From Octopus bimaculoides (lineage: Eukaryota), in contig NC_068990.1 of the NCBI RefSeq assembly GCF_001194135.2, forward strand, positions 16,906,870 to 16,960,607: DNA of 53,738 bases, read 5' to 3'. Each line of letters opens with the position of its first letter. Within the stretch, counting starts at the first letter, position 1. The notes beneath the pieces were generated by a model. It was given only the letters and a program-made list of their open reading frames with translations. It was not told the origin of the DNA and searched no databases. A program made the translations under genes and the position numbers. Shown here piece by piece: positions 1 to 11,643 of this stretch.

Positions 1-94
1 ACACAAGGTTCTTAACCAGAAGCTTTTGACATGAAATGAATGTTAGACAAATCCTATTGTTAATGAGATACCAGTTATATGCATTCATTCTTTG

Positions 95-487
95 TTCTTT
101 TACTGTTGAAGTCATTGGACTGTGGTCATGCTGGGGCACCACCTTGAAGGGTTTAGTTAATTAAATCAACACCAGTATTTATTTCTTTTTAAATATAGTA
201 CTTATTCTATCAGTTCTCTTTTGCGAAACTGCTAGGTTACAGGGACATAAACACACCAACACCGGTTGTTAAGCAGTAATGAGGGTAAAACACGAAGACA
301 TACATCGACATGCACATACATACACACATATATGATGGACTTCTTTCAGTTTGATCAATCAAATCCACTCACAAAGCTGTGGTTGGCCTGGGACTATAGC
401 AGAAGACTTTGTTGAAGGTGGTGCACAGTGGAATTGAACGCAAGACCACATAGTTAAGAAGCAAACTTCTTAACCACACAACCATTC
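95..487 (-). mobile_element. tRNA-headed SINE family A (head, CA/TG hinge, Nin/Deu-like 3' module), diverged full copy
   Basis: Same module order as the copy at 611-994 with many substitutions. Confidence 0.75.
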
Positions 488-610
488 TCAAGTGTACTAC
501 TCAACTGTGAAGATCTCTTCACATGAAACCAATGGTTGCCTTGTTAGTCCACAAATAATGAAGGGTGTTGAGCACAATTCTCACTATTTGATACTAGTGG
601 GTGTATTATA

Positions 611-993
611 TTCTTTTATTTGTTTCAGTCATTTGACTGCAGCCATGCTGGAGCACTGCCTTTAGTTGAACAAATGGACTCCAGGACTTATTCTTTGTAA
701 GCCTAGTACTTATTCTATTGGTCTCTTTTTGCTGAACCACTTAATTACAGGGATGTAAATGCACCAACATTAGTTGTCAAGTGACGGTGAGGAGACAGCC
801 ACAGACACACAAACATACATACACATATATGCATATATGACGGGCTTCTTTCAGTTTCTGTCTACCAAATTCACTCACAAGGCTTTGGTCGGCCTGAAGC
901 TATAGTAGAAGACACTTGTCCAAGGTGCCACACAGTGGGACTGAACCCAGAACCATGTGGTTGATAAGCAAGCTTCTTACCACACAGCTACTC

Positions 994-994
<1 letters not shown>
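611..994 (-). mobile_element. tRNA-headed SINE family A, full-length reference copy
   Basis: Minus strand: A-box-like tagctgtgtggt, B-box ggttcagtcc, CORE-like ggcaccttggacaagtgtcttc, body to aaactgaaagaagccc, TG/TA hinge, then a 3' module ending cagtcaaatgactgaaac. About 30 full or partial copies occur in the window. Likely one of the described octopus tRNA-SINEs (OK/OR1/OR2); I cannot assign which. Confidence 0.85.
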
Positions 995-1057
<63 letters not shown>

Positions 1058-1319
1058 NNNNNNNNNNNNNNNNNNNNNNNNNNNNNNNNNNNNNNNNNNN
1101 NNNNNNNNNNNNNNNNNNNNNNNNNNNNNNNNNNNNNNNNNNNNNNNNNNNNNNNNNNNNNNNNNNNNNNNNNNNNNNNNNNNNNNNNNNNNNNNNNNNN
1201 NNNNNNNNNNNNNNNNNNNNNNNNNNNNNNNNNNNNNNNNNNNNNNNNNNNNNNNNNNNNNNNNNNNNNNNNNNNNNNNNNNNNNNNNNNNNNNNNNNNN
1301 NNNNNNNNNNNNNNNNNNN

Positions 1320-1362
<43 letters not shown>
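995..1362. repeat. (CTAT)n and (AT)n microsatellites flanking N-gap 1058-1319
   Basis: Direct reading. Confidence 0.95.
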
Positions 1363-1364
<2 letters not shown>

Positions 1365-1582
1365 GAAATTCTGTGCTGTTATTGCTTATATATATATATC
1401 TGGTGAATGTCTACTGTATATATATATATTCATGTATGTGTTGTGTGTCATGCATACAAGTGTTTATTTTTAATTTTAAGTTTACCTGCATGAACATATG
1501 CGTTTCTGTGTGTGTGTGTGTGCTTATCCCTATGGGATGTATAGGTATTTTCACTTACTCTATTTGTAAATACATCATGTTA

Positions 1583-1619
<37 letters not shown>

Positions 1620-2035
1620 ATGGATGTATTTATATGTCTGTATGTTTGCCTGTTGTCTGCTAGGAAGAGGATAGAATTATTTTGGCTTTGCTGCCAAGTG
1701 AGAGCAGGCCCCTATTATGGTCATAGAGAGTGGAAGCCAAAGAGAAGATGTGTGTTTATTGTTGGGAAGAGAAGCAAGGTTAATAAAGATAGAGATGAAG
1801 AGTTGTAGCTGTTGCTGTTGTTGATGATGATGATGATGAGGATAAGATAAGGATAACAGAAGATATACCAGAAACTAAACTGTGGGAAGAGGGGGAGGAG
1901 AGAGAGAGAGAGAAGAAGAAGAAGAAGAAGAAGAGAGAGAGGGAGGGAGAAAACTATACTGGTGCATGGATAATTCTGACCTAACTGCATGCTGGGAATG
2001 GAGGCAGGGTGGTGGCGGTAACGGTTGTGTGGGAA

Positions 2036-2103
<68 letters not shown>

Positions 2104-2423
2104 GAGAGATGGAAAAATGAAGGAATGAAGGTGAAGAAGAACAGCAAAAATAAAAGAAATTGTGAGAATATTAAAAAAAAACCCAGAAAGCTGTAGATAA
2201 ATACTAAAAAATGGAAGAAGAAAAAGAAGGCTATGAGAAAGAAGATGACAAAGAAGAAAAGAAAGAAAAAGAGAAAAAGTAAAATAATAAAGAAGAGAGA
2301 AGACAAAACAGAAGAGGAATCTATGTTTTAAATGAGTACCCAGGTGTAAACTGGGTACCCATTAAAAAGTAAGTGATTTCACATAAGAATTGTCCTTTTA
2401 TTTCTTTTATATTCTGAGAAAGT

Positions 2424-2600
2424 AGGCAGAGTATGGCCAAATGGTTAAGTTTAGTTTACTTCTAAACCTCAAGGTCTCAGGTTCAATTTCATTGTATGGC
2501 ATCTTGAGCAAATGCCAATCTCTGTAGTCTTGGTTTGACCCATACTTTGTGAGTGAAATTGGGTTGATGAAAACTGTACAGAAGCCCATCAAGTGGATTG
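2424..2600 (+). mobile_element. SINE family A head, old and diverged
   Basis: gtatggccaaatggttaag...ggttcaatttc...cttgagcaaatg...ttgtgagtg...aaactgtacagaagccc. Confidence 0.55.
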
Positions 2601-2889
2601 TATCTGTTAATTCAAAAAAGGACAGCCTTGTCATACACTGTGTCCTGCTGATTGTGTCTCAGAATTACGCTAAAGGTACGGTCTGTGGAATACTCAACCA
2701 CTTGTATATGTTAATTCAGGAGTTCAAACAATTGAATCCTCATCACTGATCAACAGAACCATGACCACCACCACCATCGCCGTCTGAATCCCATTTACAT
2801 CAGTGAATCATTGAGTTTCTACCAAAGACATTTATTTTTTCATGAGGTGTGTTTAGAGAAAAATCAAGGTAGTGGTTGGCATCTTCTTT

Positions 2890-3245
2890 CACTTGTTTGA
2901 ATCATTAGACTCTGGCCATGCTGGGGCACAGCCTCAAATGGTTTAGTTGAATAAATTGCCCCCAGTGAATACTTTTAAAGTCTAGTACTTATTTTATCAG
3001 TCTCTTTTGCCCAACTGTTAAGTATGGGAATGTAAATAAACCAATAGTTTTTCAAGCAATGTTCATGCGCACACACACACACGACATGCTTCCTCACAGT
3101 TTCCATCTGCCCAATCCACTCACAAGGCATTGCTCAGTCAGAGGCTATAGTAGAGGATACTTGCCCAAGATACTGTACATTGGGACTGAACCCAAAACCA
3201 CACAGTTTCAAAGCAAGCTTCTTCATCACACAGCCATACCTGGGC
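2890..3245 (-). mobile_element. SINE family A, near full copy
   Basis: Head, (CA)n hinge and 3' module in the same order as 611-994. Confidence 0.75.
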
Positions 3246-3985
3246 CTACATACAGAATCACTTTCTTCTAAGTGTTGTACAACATTCACATTTGCACATA
3301 TATATGCATACATAACTTGCAAATTCTCCTCATATTAATACACACACAAGGACATATTCACACAAAACCATTTACATTTACACACACACACACACAGGTG
3401 AAGGCATGGCTATGTGGTCTAGAAGCTTGCTCCCTAACCATGTGGTTTCAAGTTTAGTCTTACTGTGTGCCTTGTGCAAGTGTTTTCTCTTATAGCCCCA
3501 GGCAAACCAAAATCGCATGATTGCACCTGGTAGAGAGAAACTGAAACAAACCCCACTCTCGCCCTCTCTACCCCTGATGAACTATAGATAACATGACATC
3601 CCAAGTGTTAAAAGTATTAGTTTTGAGATGAAGTCCAACGAATTGTACAAGGGAAATGAGTGACATGCACATATGGTGTTATATTGTGTGTTCAGGACAC
3701 TGGGCAAAATGCTGCTAAGCATTTTATCCAATATGAGAACAAATTCCACCAAGGTCCACTTCATCTTTCATCCTTTTGGAGTTGATAAAATAAGTACCAG
3801 TGGAGCACTGGGGTCGATGTAATTGACTTACCTACTTTCAATGGCCTTGTGCCAAAATTTGAAACCAATATTAATATTTATGTTCATAAAGTGTTTCCCA
3901 TGTTGTAATGAAACAATTGTAACTACAGAATTAAAAATAGTACCACAAATTCCAGTCTTTGTTTTAATATTAAACAAAAAAAAAA

Positions 3986-4307
3986 TGGCACTCCATTGGT
4001 TACTAAGATGAGGGTTCCAGCTGGTCTGATCAACAGAATAGCCTGCTTGTGAAATTAACATGCAAATGGCTGAATAGTCCACAGACACACGTACCCTTAA
4101 CATAGTTCTCAGGGAGGTCCAGTGTGACCCAGGATATGATAAGGCTGGCCCCTTGAATTACATGTACAACTCACTTTTGCCAGCCAAGTGGAATGGGACA
4201 ACATGAAATGAAGTGTCTTGCTCAAGGACACAACACACCACCAGGAGTTAAACTCATAACCTTACGATCATGAGTTGAATACCCTAACCAGTAAGCCCTG
4301 TGCCTTC
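3986..4307 (-). mobile_element. tRNA-headed CORE-like SINE family B, full copy
   Basis: Reverse complement of the family seen at 14362-14675: tRNA-like head, gtgtccttgagcaagacac core, tail ending aatggagtgcca. Confidence 0.8.
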
Positions 4308-4377
4308 ATTAATGTGTGTGTGTGTGTGTGTGTGAGTGTGTGTGCACGTGTGTGTGGGCAAATGTTTGTGTGTAGCT

Positions 4378-4616
4378 TTGTCTTGACATCAAATGGAGGT
4401 TATAATGAGGATCACCATCATACAAGCGATGTCCATTTCCAGTCTTCCATGGAAAACATGTCCAGCCATTGGGGAAATGTTACCTTAACTGGAAACAGGT
4501 GAGGATTGGTGACAGGAAGAGCATCCAGCCATAGAAGAATCTGCTTCAAAGAATTTCGTCTGAATCAGGCAGCTGTGGGAAAGTGGACATCAGAACAATG
4601 CTGCTGCTGCCGATAG

Positions 4617-4665
<49 letters not shown>
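4378..4665 (+). mobile_element. RTE-type 3' tail module F ending in (GAT)n
   Basis: gtcttgacatc...ggaaacaggtgaggattggtgacaggaagagcatccagc...(gat)n. Further copies near 6265, 12325, 15925, 21715, 32165, 35155, 41920, 44150, 46000 and 49305. Confidence 0.7.
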
Positions 4666-5622
4666 AGTACCTCAGTTGCTGGAGGGAATTATAATTACAT
4701 AAAGTTTGAAGCAAAAGAGTTTATTAGAAAGAAATCAAACAAGAAGTGGGAGGGATGTAAAGAGGAAAATATGAAGTAACTGCAAACTAAATAAACTGGG
4801 TGGGTGGGGACGAAGATGGTAGGGGTGGGGGTATTGGTTAAAGAGGGAGAGAAGGGAATAAGAATTGTGTTTGAAGTAATGGGGATGGTGGGGAGAGTTT
4901 TTGGGACAAGGGGCAGTGATGGTGGTTGGGAAGGTGGTGGTGGTGGTGGTGAATGTGGTGTTGGAAGGCAATAATAATGGTGGTGATGGCGGTGGTAATG
5001 ATGAAGGAAGTTCTTTAGCCCCAGGTTAGCTCTGATAAAGCAGACCTGTGATCAAAGACATTTCAGCCATGGCCATCATGTCTTTTTCCTATGTACAGAG
5101 AAACCTTGCATCAGATTATCTAATGTGGTTTTTTTTCTGTCTTGAACAGAAGGAAATATGACTGCTACATCTAGCAGGTTGAACAGCCTTGTAGTGGCTC
5201 CTGTGGTAATGATGAGGAGGATGATGATGATGGTGGTGGTGGTGGTGGTGGTAATAGCAGCAATGATGTTGGAGTTGGTGGTGGCAATGGCAGAGGTAGC
5301 CATAGTAACAGCAGTGGAGGTAGTGGTGATGTTGAAAAGGGGGTGGGGTGGCAGTGAAAGCAATGATGATGGTGGCAGAAGGTGGTGGTGATAGGAGGAG
5401 TGAGAGAATGAAGGAAGTAGCAGTGGCTGTGGTGGTGGTGGTGGTGGTGGTAGCGGTAGAGGTTGTGAAGTTGATAGTGGCCATGGTGCCTATGACCCCA
5501 CCCAACCACTGATGCTGGTGGTGGTAGACAGCATAGAGGGGAAGCAGGTGGGAGTAGTAGGAGATGATGGACATCAAGTGGTGGTGGGGTAGTGGTGGTA
5601 GACTCAAATACACTTTATCTAA

Positions 5623-5692
5623 AGTGTGTGTGTGTGTGTGTGTTTATATATATATATATATATGTGTGTGTGTATGTATATATGTTTATATG

Positions 5693-5729
<37 letters not shown>

Positions 5730-5736
5730 CTATATA

Positions 5737-5800
<64 letters not shown>

Positions 5801-5918
5801 TATATACATACACACTTTATCTATATATTCAGATTTGTTCTGGCTGACAGACAGAGATGCAGATATAAGCAGGATGTCTGTCAGTGTATAGATTTGGAGG
5901 TATATATATAGCTAGGTG

Positions 5919-5970
<52 letters not shown>
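5623..5970. repeat. Compound (TG)n/(TA)n microsatellite
   Basis: Direct reading; source of the CVCV/YIYI ORFs. Confidence 0.95.
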
Positions 5971-5971
<1 letters not shown>

Positions 5972-6264
5972 GTATGTAGCTAGATATAAATGTCTGTATA
6001 TGTGTGTTTAAAGTATGCAGCTATGTATGTACATGTAAATGCATGTAGCCATGTATGTACATGTATGTCTAAATCTATGGATATGGATGTGTAAATGTAT
6101 ATAGCTAGCTATGTATATAGCAAATGAGGGAAAGAGAAGATGGAATTCACAAGATCTTTTATTAATCGTTTCAACCCCTTCTTGCATTGGTCTCTTGCTG
6201 GTGAGATTCTTGGCAACTGGTTGTGGTCCATCCTTCGGTGCATATGTGACTCGTCAGGTGACAT

Positions 6265-6700
6265 CATCATCATCATCATCATCACCATTTTAACATCCAC
6301 TTTGCCATACTTGCATGGGTCAGAATGAATTTGTTTGTACCAGATTTCCTATGGTCAGATGCTCTTCCCATTGTCAACCCTCACTTGTTTCCAAGAAAGT
6401 AATATTTCTCCATGGACAGACATGTTTTTTTTACAGAAGGTCAGAAATGGATAACACCACTTGTATGACAGTGACACTCACTTAGAACAATCAAATGATG
6501 TCAAGACAAGGAGACACACAAACAGATACATATATATACCTACACACACACACACACACAGACAATGAGCCTCTTTCAGTTTTTCATCTACCAAACCAAC
6601 TCACGAGGATTTGGTCAGCCTTGTGCTATTACAGAAGACACAGTGCTGTGCATTGGAACAGAACTCAAGACAGTATAGTTGGGAAACAATTTTTCTCAAA
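6265..6700 (-). mobile_element. SINE family A head joined through a TG hinge to tail module F
   Basis: Minus strand: diverged A head (6700-6560), TG hinge, F tail (6515-6290) and (GAT)n. Confidence 0.65.
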
Positions 6701-7354
6701 TAAATAAAAAGAAAAATAAATACATCTCTGTACAAAAAAAGATATATATAGACTTTTGGAGTAAAATAATTGGCTTAGATACAAACAAACACTCTGGAGA
6801 GAATGTCTGGGATTAACAACAAACATTGTGAAGACTTCACCTTGTTAGGATTCATCAACGTCCAATGCATTCAAGAGAATATGATTTATGGTCAGACAGT
6901 TTAGATAAAATGATTTGGTTTATCTCAAGGAACATATATCTTTCTATATCTCTCTCTCTCCATGTTTGCCTGAATTCCTATTTCCCATCACCTCTTCTAT
7001 CAATATAGTTCAACATGAAAATCTAAACCAGCAATAAAACATCTGTTGTCTATTTCTTGCACTGCTACAAACAACAGTTTATATTCAACGATCTTATTTT
7101 CACAGGATTGTTTAGAATACAGAACAGACATCTAGTAATTATTACCTAACAGTGTAGGTTGGCAATAAGTTTGTGACAATTTGGCTGGATGCAAGTCTGG
7201 CTGTGTAGTTGAGAAGTTCACTTCTCAAACCTGTGGTTTCTGGTTCAGTCCCTCCTATGCACTGTACGTTAGGCAAGTGTCTTCTAACATAATCCACAAT
7301 CAACAAAAGCTCTGAATGGGTTTGGTTGACAGGAACAAACAAAAAAGAACTTTA

Positions 7355-8050
7355 TATCATCACCATCATAATCATTTAATATCAACCGCTGCAGGATGAA
7401 GGCCTCAACATTCTGTTGCCAGCTTATTATGTTGCTTGTTAGAGGCTTACCTGACCATGTTGGTCAATTATATGTTGGATGAGGTGCAGCCTTTGTCATG
7501 CCATTAGCACAAGTCATTGGCATCAAGACAGAGTTTTAGCTCAGCATGCAAAGTATTGAAATAGTTTCCCTAGAACCTCCATTACTCTAAACAGTCTGCT
7601 AATCCAACACCCTAATGTGTACTTGATCTATTCTTTGCAGGTTGAATATCAAGGATCTCCATTTGGGTGGTCTAAGATCCATGATTTACTAAAGGTGCAT
7701 TTACATTGTGGGGTCCAGATCCCTTCTACAGAGGCTGACCACAAGTCTGTATTCTGTCAAGTGGGTGCCCTAGATGTGCCACACATCTTGTTGTCATGTC
7801 ATCTGAGCCACTGACTATAATCGGTTCTTTTGCCTCATCTACCATTTCAATCTTTGTGCATTTAAAGGGGTGCACATCCTCTCTACAGCAATCTTTTTGA
7901 GATTGCTAACATCCTCTACTTAGGTTTACTCATTAGCCATGAGGTATTGTGGGGTGGCCATTGGTGTGCACTACTGACTTCTGCAGCCCATAAGTGAGAG
8001 CTGTGAAGTAGTTGGAGACCAGTGCTTCTGTCCATGTCTCAGAATGTTCA
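7355..8050 (-). mobile_element. Degenerate 3' fragment of an RTE-clade LINE
   Basis: Broken reading frames retain TALTYG (cf. RTE LTYGxETW), PPKWR (cf. GRPxxRW) and terminal EAFILQR (cf. GEAFxxQW), followed by a (GAT)-like tail. Many stops. Confidence 0.6.
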
Positions 8051-8405
8051 GCTGATAGATTTACAAAGGTAATTCTCCCTATAAACTATACCAAGCACCA
8101 CAGGTACTCTATTAAAAAGAATTCAAAAGAAAGGAAATCAAAGTTGGCCAAGGCAGGATTTGAACTTGTAACTGAGAGAGCCAGAAGGAATACTTGTGAC
8201 ATAAGATAGAAACCCTAGCTGTTACACTTATGACAGTAAAAGCCATTTGAGGACTTCCTGTTTTTAGGAACTAGAAAGATAATAAAAGAGAGAAAAGCAA
8301 ACAGTAACACAGCAAAATCTGCTTCAACACACAAGTTAATCTCAAGAATTTTGCAAACCAAAAGCAAAAATGAAAGATAATAATTGAAGGAAAGAGAAAA
8401 CTTAC

Positions 8406-8526
8406 GGTCTCTTTTACATGGTGCATATGTTTCATACTTCGGTGAGGAAGGCTTTTTGACAATACATCTACCAATTGGCTCCCGTTTATCTCTTCCAAAG
8501 AAATACATGTAGCGGGGAGCACAAGC
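8406..8526 (-). CDS. ITGA: Integrin alpha subunit, internal coding exon (beta-propeller, ACAP exon), 121 nt, phase 0 to phase 1
   Basis: Minus strand reads tttctcttccag|GCTTGTGCT...AGAGACC|gtaagt, with canonical acceptor and donor. Translation ACAPRYMYFFGRDKREPIGRCIVKKPSSPKYETYAPCKRD matches the integrin alpha motif ACAP-x-Y...EPVGxC...EY(A/S)PCR of ITGA5/ITGAV/ITGA8-type subunits. Paralog not assigned. Confidence 0.93.
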
Positions 8527-9078
8527 CTGGAAGAGAAATCACATTGGGAGTTAGTAATTAAGTATTTTATTAATTGATTGTGATTCAGAGGAGAAAAGTC
8601 AAGAATTAGATTTGTTGTTGGTGTTAGACATTACAAGACAATATCATTATTCATACATTTCTTAACCACATGGTTTTGGTTTCAGTCACACTACTTTGGA
8701 CAAGCATCTTCTACAATATCCAGGGCCAAAATAAGACCAAATTAAGCCCAGAGCACTTAAAAGATTTTAGTGCCCCCATATACATGCAATTCAAACTATA
8801 AACAATAAAAAAACCATAAAACACATTATTTTTTCCATCTGCGTGTAAAGATAACACACTTAGTCATGTTAACAAAGGGATGTGGGTTCATGTCTCACAC
8901 AGATGGGAAAGCCTTCTTTTTTCTGTCGAGGGCTTATATGCCCCATTATTAGACTATTTTCCTTAGTCATTGCACGGTGAACAACATAAGTTTTAAGCTT
9001 ATATAAAAATACCATTATTATTATTTATTACAGGATTGTAAAATACAGCACCATATAATAAAGCCATTCGCAACGAAA

Positions 9079-9109
<31 letters not shown>

Positions 9110-9112
<3 letters not shown>

Positions 9113-9420
9113 TTATTATAGCCTCAGGCCGACCAAAACCTTGTGAGTGGGTTTCGTACTCAGAAACTGAAAGAAGACTGTCATATATATGTGTATATTT
9201 GTGTTTATGTGTGCATATGTCTTATATTTGTACCCCCATCATTGCTTGACAACTGATGTTGCTGTGTTTACATTCCTGTAACTTAGCAGTTTGGTAAAAG
9301 ACACTGACGGAATGGGTACTAGGCTTACAAAGAATAAATCCTGTGGTTGATTTCTTCGACCAATGGTGGTGCTCCAGCATGACTGCAGTCACATGACTGA
9401 AACAAGTAAAGCAATAAAAA
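9110..9420 (+). mobile_element. SINE family A, 5'-truncated
   Basis: atagcctcaggccgaccaaaaccttgtgagtgg...TG hinge...catgactgaaacaagtaaag. Confidence 0.75.
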
Positions 9421-9503
9421 TCTATGCCATTTTAATCCCAAGCAAGGCCAGGTATCTCTGCTAGTACACATATATATGCATATATATATACATATATATG
9501 CAT

Positions 9504-9552
<49 letters not shown>

Positions 9553-9631
9553 CATATAAATTATATATAAACTAATACATTTGCTTGTTGTTCATACACC
9601 TCCCTTCGTCTTTTGTCTTTCTATAAATTTA

Positions 9632-9670
<39 letters not shown>

Positions 9671-10274
9671 ATCGTTCAACTTTCTCAACAGATCAATAGA
9701 CCAATTGAGAAAACCTATCAGTAATGAACCTATAATGACCACTGAAACAGCTGTAAGCCAAATTTACTCCAATAAAGAAAAAATATGTACAAAGATCAGA
9801 CATATGATGATGTTGTGTGCATGTGTTTGTGTTTACCACACACACATTCATATGTTTCTCATTTTCAACTTCCTGCTCATGTCATATTTCTTAACAAACA
9901 CGGAAATTTATAGAAGTCAGACTAACTTTGGAACATTACAACTTCAAGAGCAGCGAGGGAACAAAGTGGGATACTTTAAAAATAAAACAAAAAGAAAAAT
10001 GCAGAAAACACTATTGAAAGAAACCAAGCCTTCATTTTATTGTTTTTTTTTCTTTTGTTAGTAGAAGAATGAGGTAGTTTTCCCTTATTGTTTTCTTGTA
10101 TATATATATTTTTTTTCCTGAAAGTTAAAATATGTTTCCATTTTACATTTGTAACTTCGCCATAGAAGCAATAAATTTCAGAGTCCCTTCCTATGTGTGT
10201 GTGTGTGTGTTGTATGTATGTATATATGTGTGTTTGTATACATATATATTATGTGTGAGTGTTAGCATGTGTGT

Positions 10275-10317
<43 letters not shown>

Positions 10318-10818
10318 GATAGATAGATAGATAGATACACACACATACATATATTGCTTTTGAAATATTTTCTTATATTCCTTTGGGCTGTTCTTACCAT
10401 TCCTTAATGCAACTCCACTCCATTCTCTCAAAATAAATGAAAGAGATATTACAAAAATAAAAAAAAGGTAGGGAGAGGACAAACAGACAGACAAGATTCA
10501 ACAACAACAAAAAAAGACCAAATGGAACAATAGCAAAACAAAAACTAAAAAACACAGCAAAATGTGATAAAATTCTTCAGATGTGTGAAGATGAAGATTT
10601 CAACCTTGTTGCTAACTGTTTCCTCCTGAAATTCTCTCTGATATCCAAGGTTTGTTTCCAATTATACTTCCAAGGAATATCTTCATATTTTGTCTCCCCA
10701 CCCATGCCAACTTCTGAAGAACTTAAAGATTTCTCTTTTGTCTTGGTTCCTGTTTGTAGACATTTACTTTATTAATTTTTGTTTTTGTTTTATGCTTACA
10801 TTTATATTTTTTTAAATA

Positions 10819-11241
10819 TTTTACTTATTTCAGTCATTAGACTGAGGCCATGCTGGGGCACTGTCTTGAAGAATTTTTAGTTGAATGAATTAACTCCAGT
10901 ACTTAGTTTTTTTAAGATTGGTGCTTATTCTGTCAGTGTCTTTTGCCAAATCACTAAGTTAACAAGGACGTAAACACACCAACACCAGTTCTCAAGTGGT
11001 AGTGGAGGTGGTGGTGGTGGTGGTGGGGACAAACACAGACACAAAAACATGCACACACACACGTGCGGACACACTTATATATACAATGGGCTTCTTTCAG
11101 TTTCTGTCTACAAAAATCCACTGACAAGGCTTTGGTCAGTCCAAGGCTATGGTAGAAGAAACTGGCCCAAGGTGCCATACAGTGCGACTGAACCTAGAAC
11201 TGTGTGATTGGGATGCAAGCTTCTTACTACATAGCCACTCC
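10819..11241 (-). mobile_element. SINE family A, full copy
   Basis: All modules as at 611-994. An extra head-only copy follows at about 11395-11480. Confidence 0.8.
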
Positions 11242-11588
11242 TATGCCTATACAAAATAGTGGCCAGCAAGTTGCTATAGAGAATCGAACTTTGGACCTCT
11301 CAAATTCCACCTGAGCACTCTGTATCATTAAGCTAAGTGACCCCTGATTATGTTTATGCTTATATTTTTCACTTGTTTGGACTGCAGGGTGGAGTGAAGT
11401 TGCCAAGATGCCACGCAGTGGGACTGAACCCAGAATCATGTGGTTGGGAAGCAAGATTCTTACCACACAGCCATGCCTGCACCCATACATATAAACATAT
11501 ATTCATACACACACACACACATCTTAATTATGTTACTGAGTTAAAATATTACATAATTTCTATATTTCTCATTCTGTATTTTTTGTGC

Positions 11589-11643
<55 letters not shown>

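Noticed and set aside
4797-4835. G-quadruplex-like G runs
   Set aside because: Part of a broad GGT-rich low-complexity tract with nothing to indicate function.
5076-5160. Minus-strand QGFS after a possible acceptor, as a candidate next integrin exon (CQxGFS)
   Set aside because: No Cys, an in-frame stop follows and there is no donor.
7000-7080. Minus-strand PVQEIDNRCFIAGLDF as a candidate next integrin exon
   Set aside because: Only vague similarity, ends in a stop and has no usable donor.
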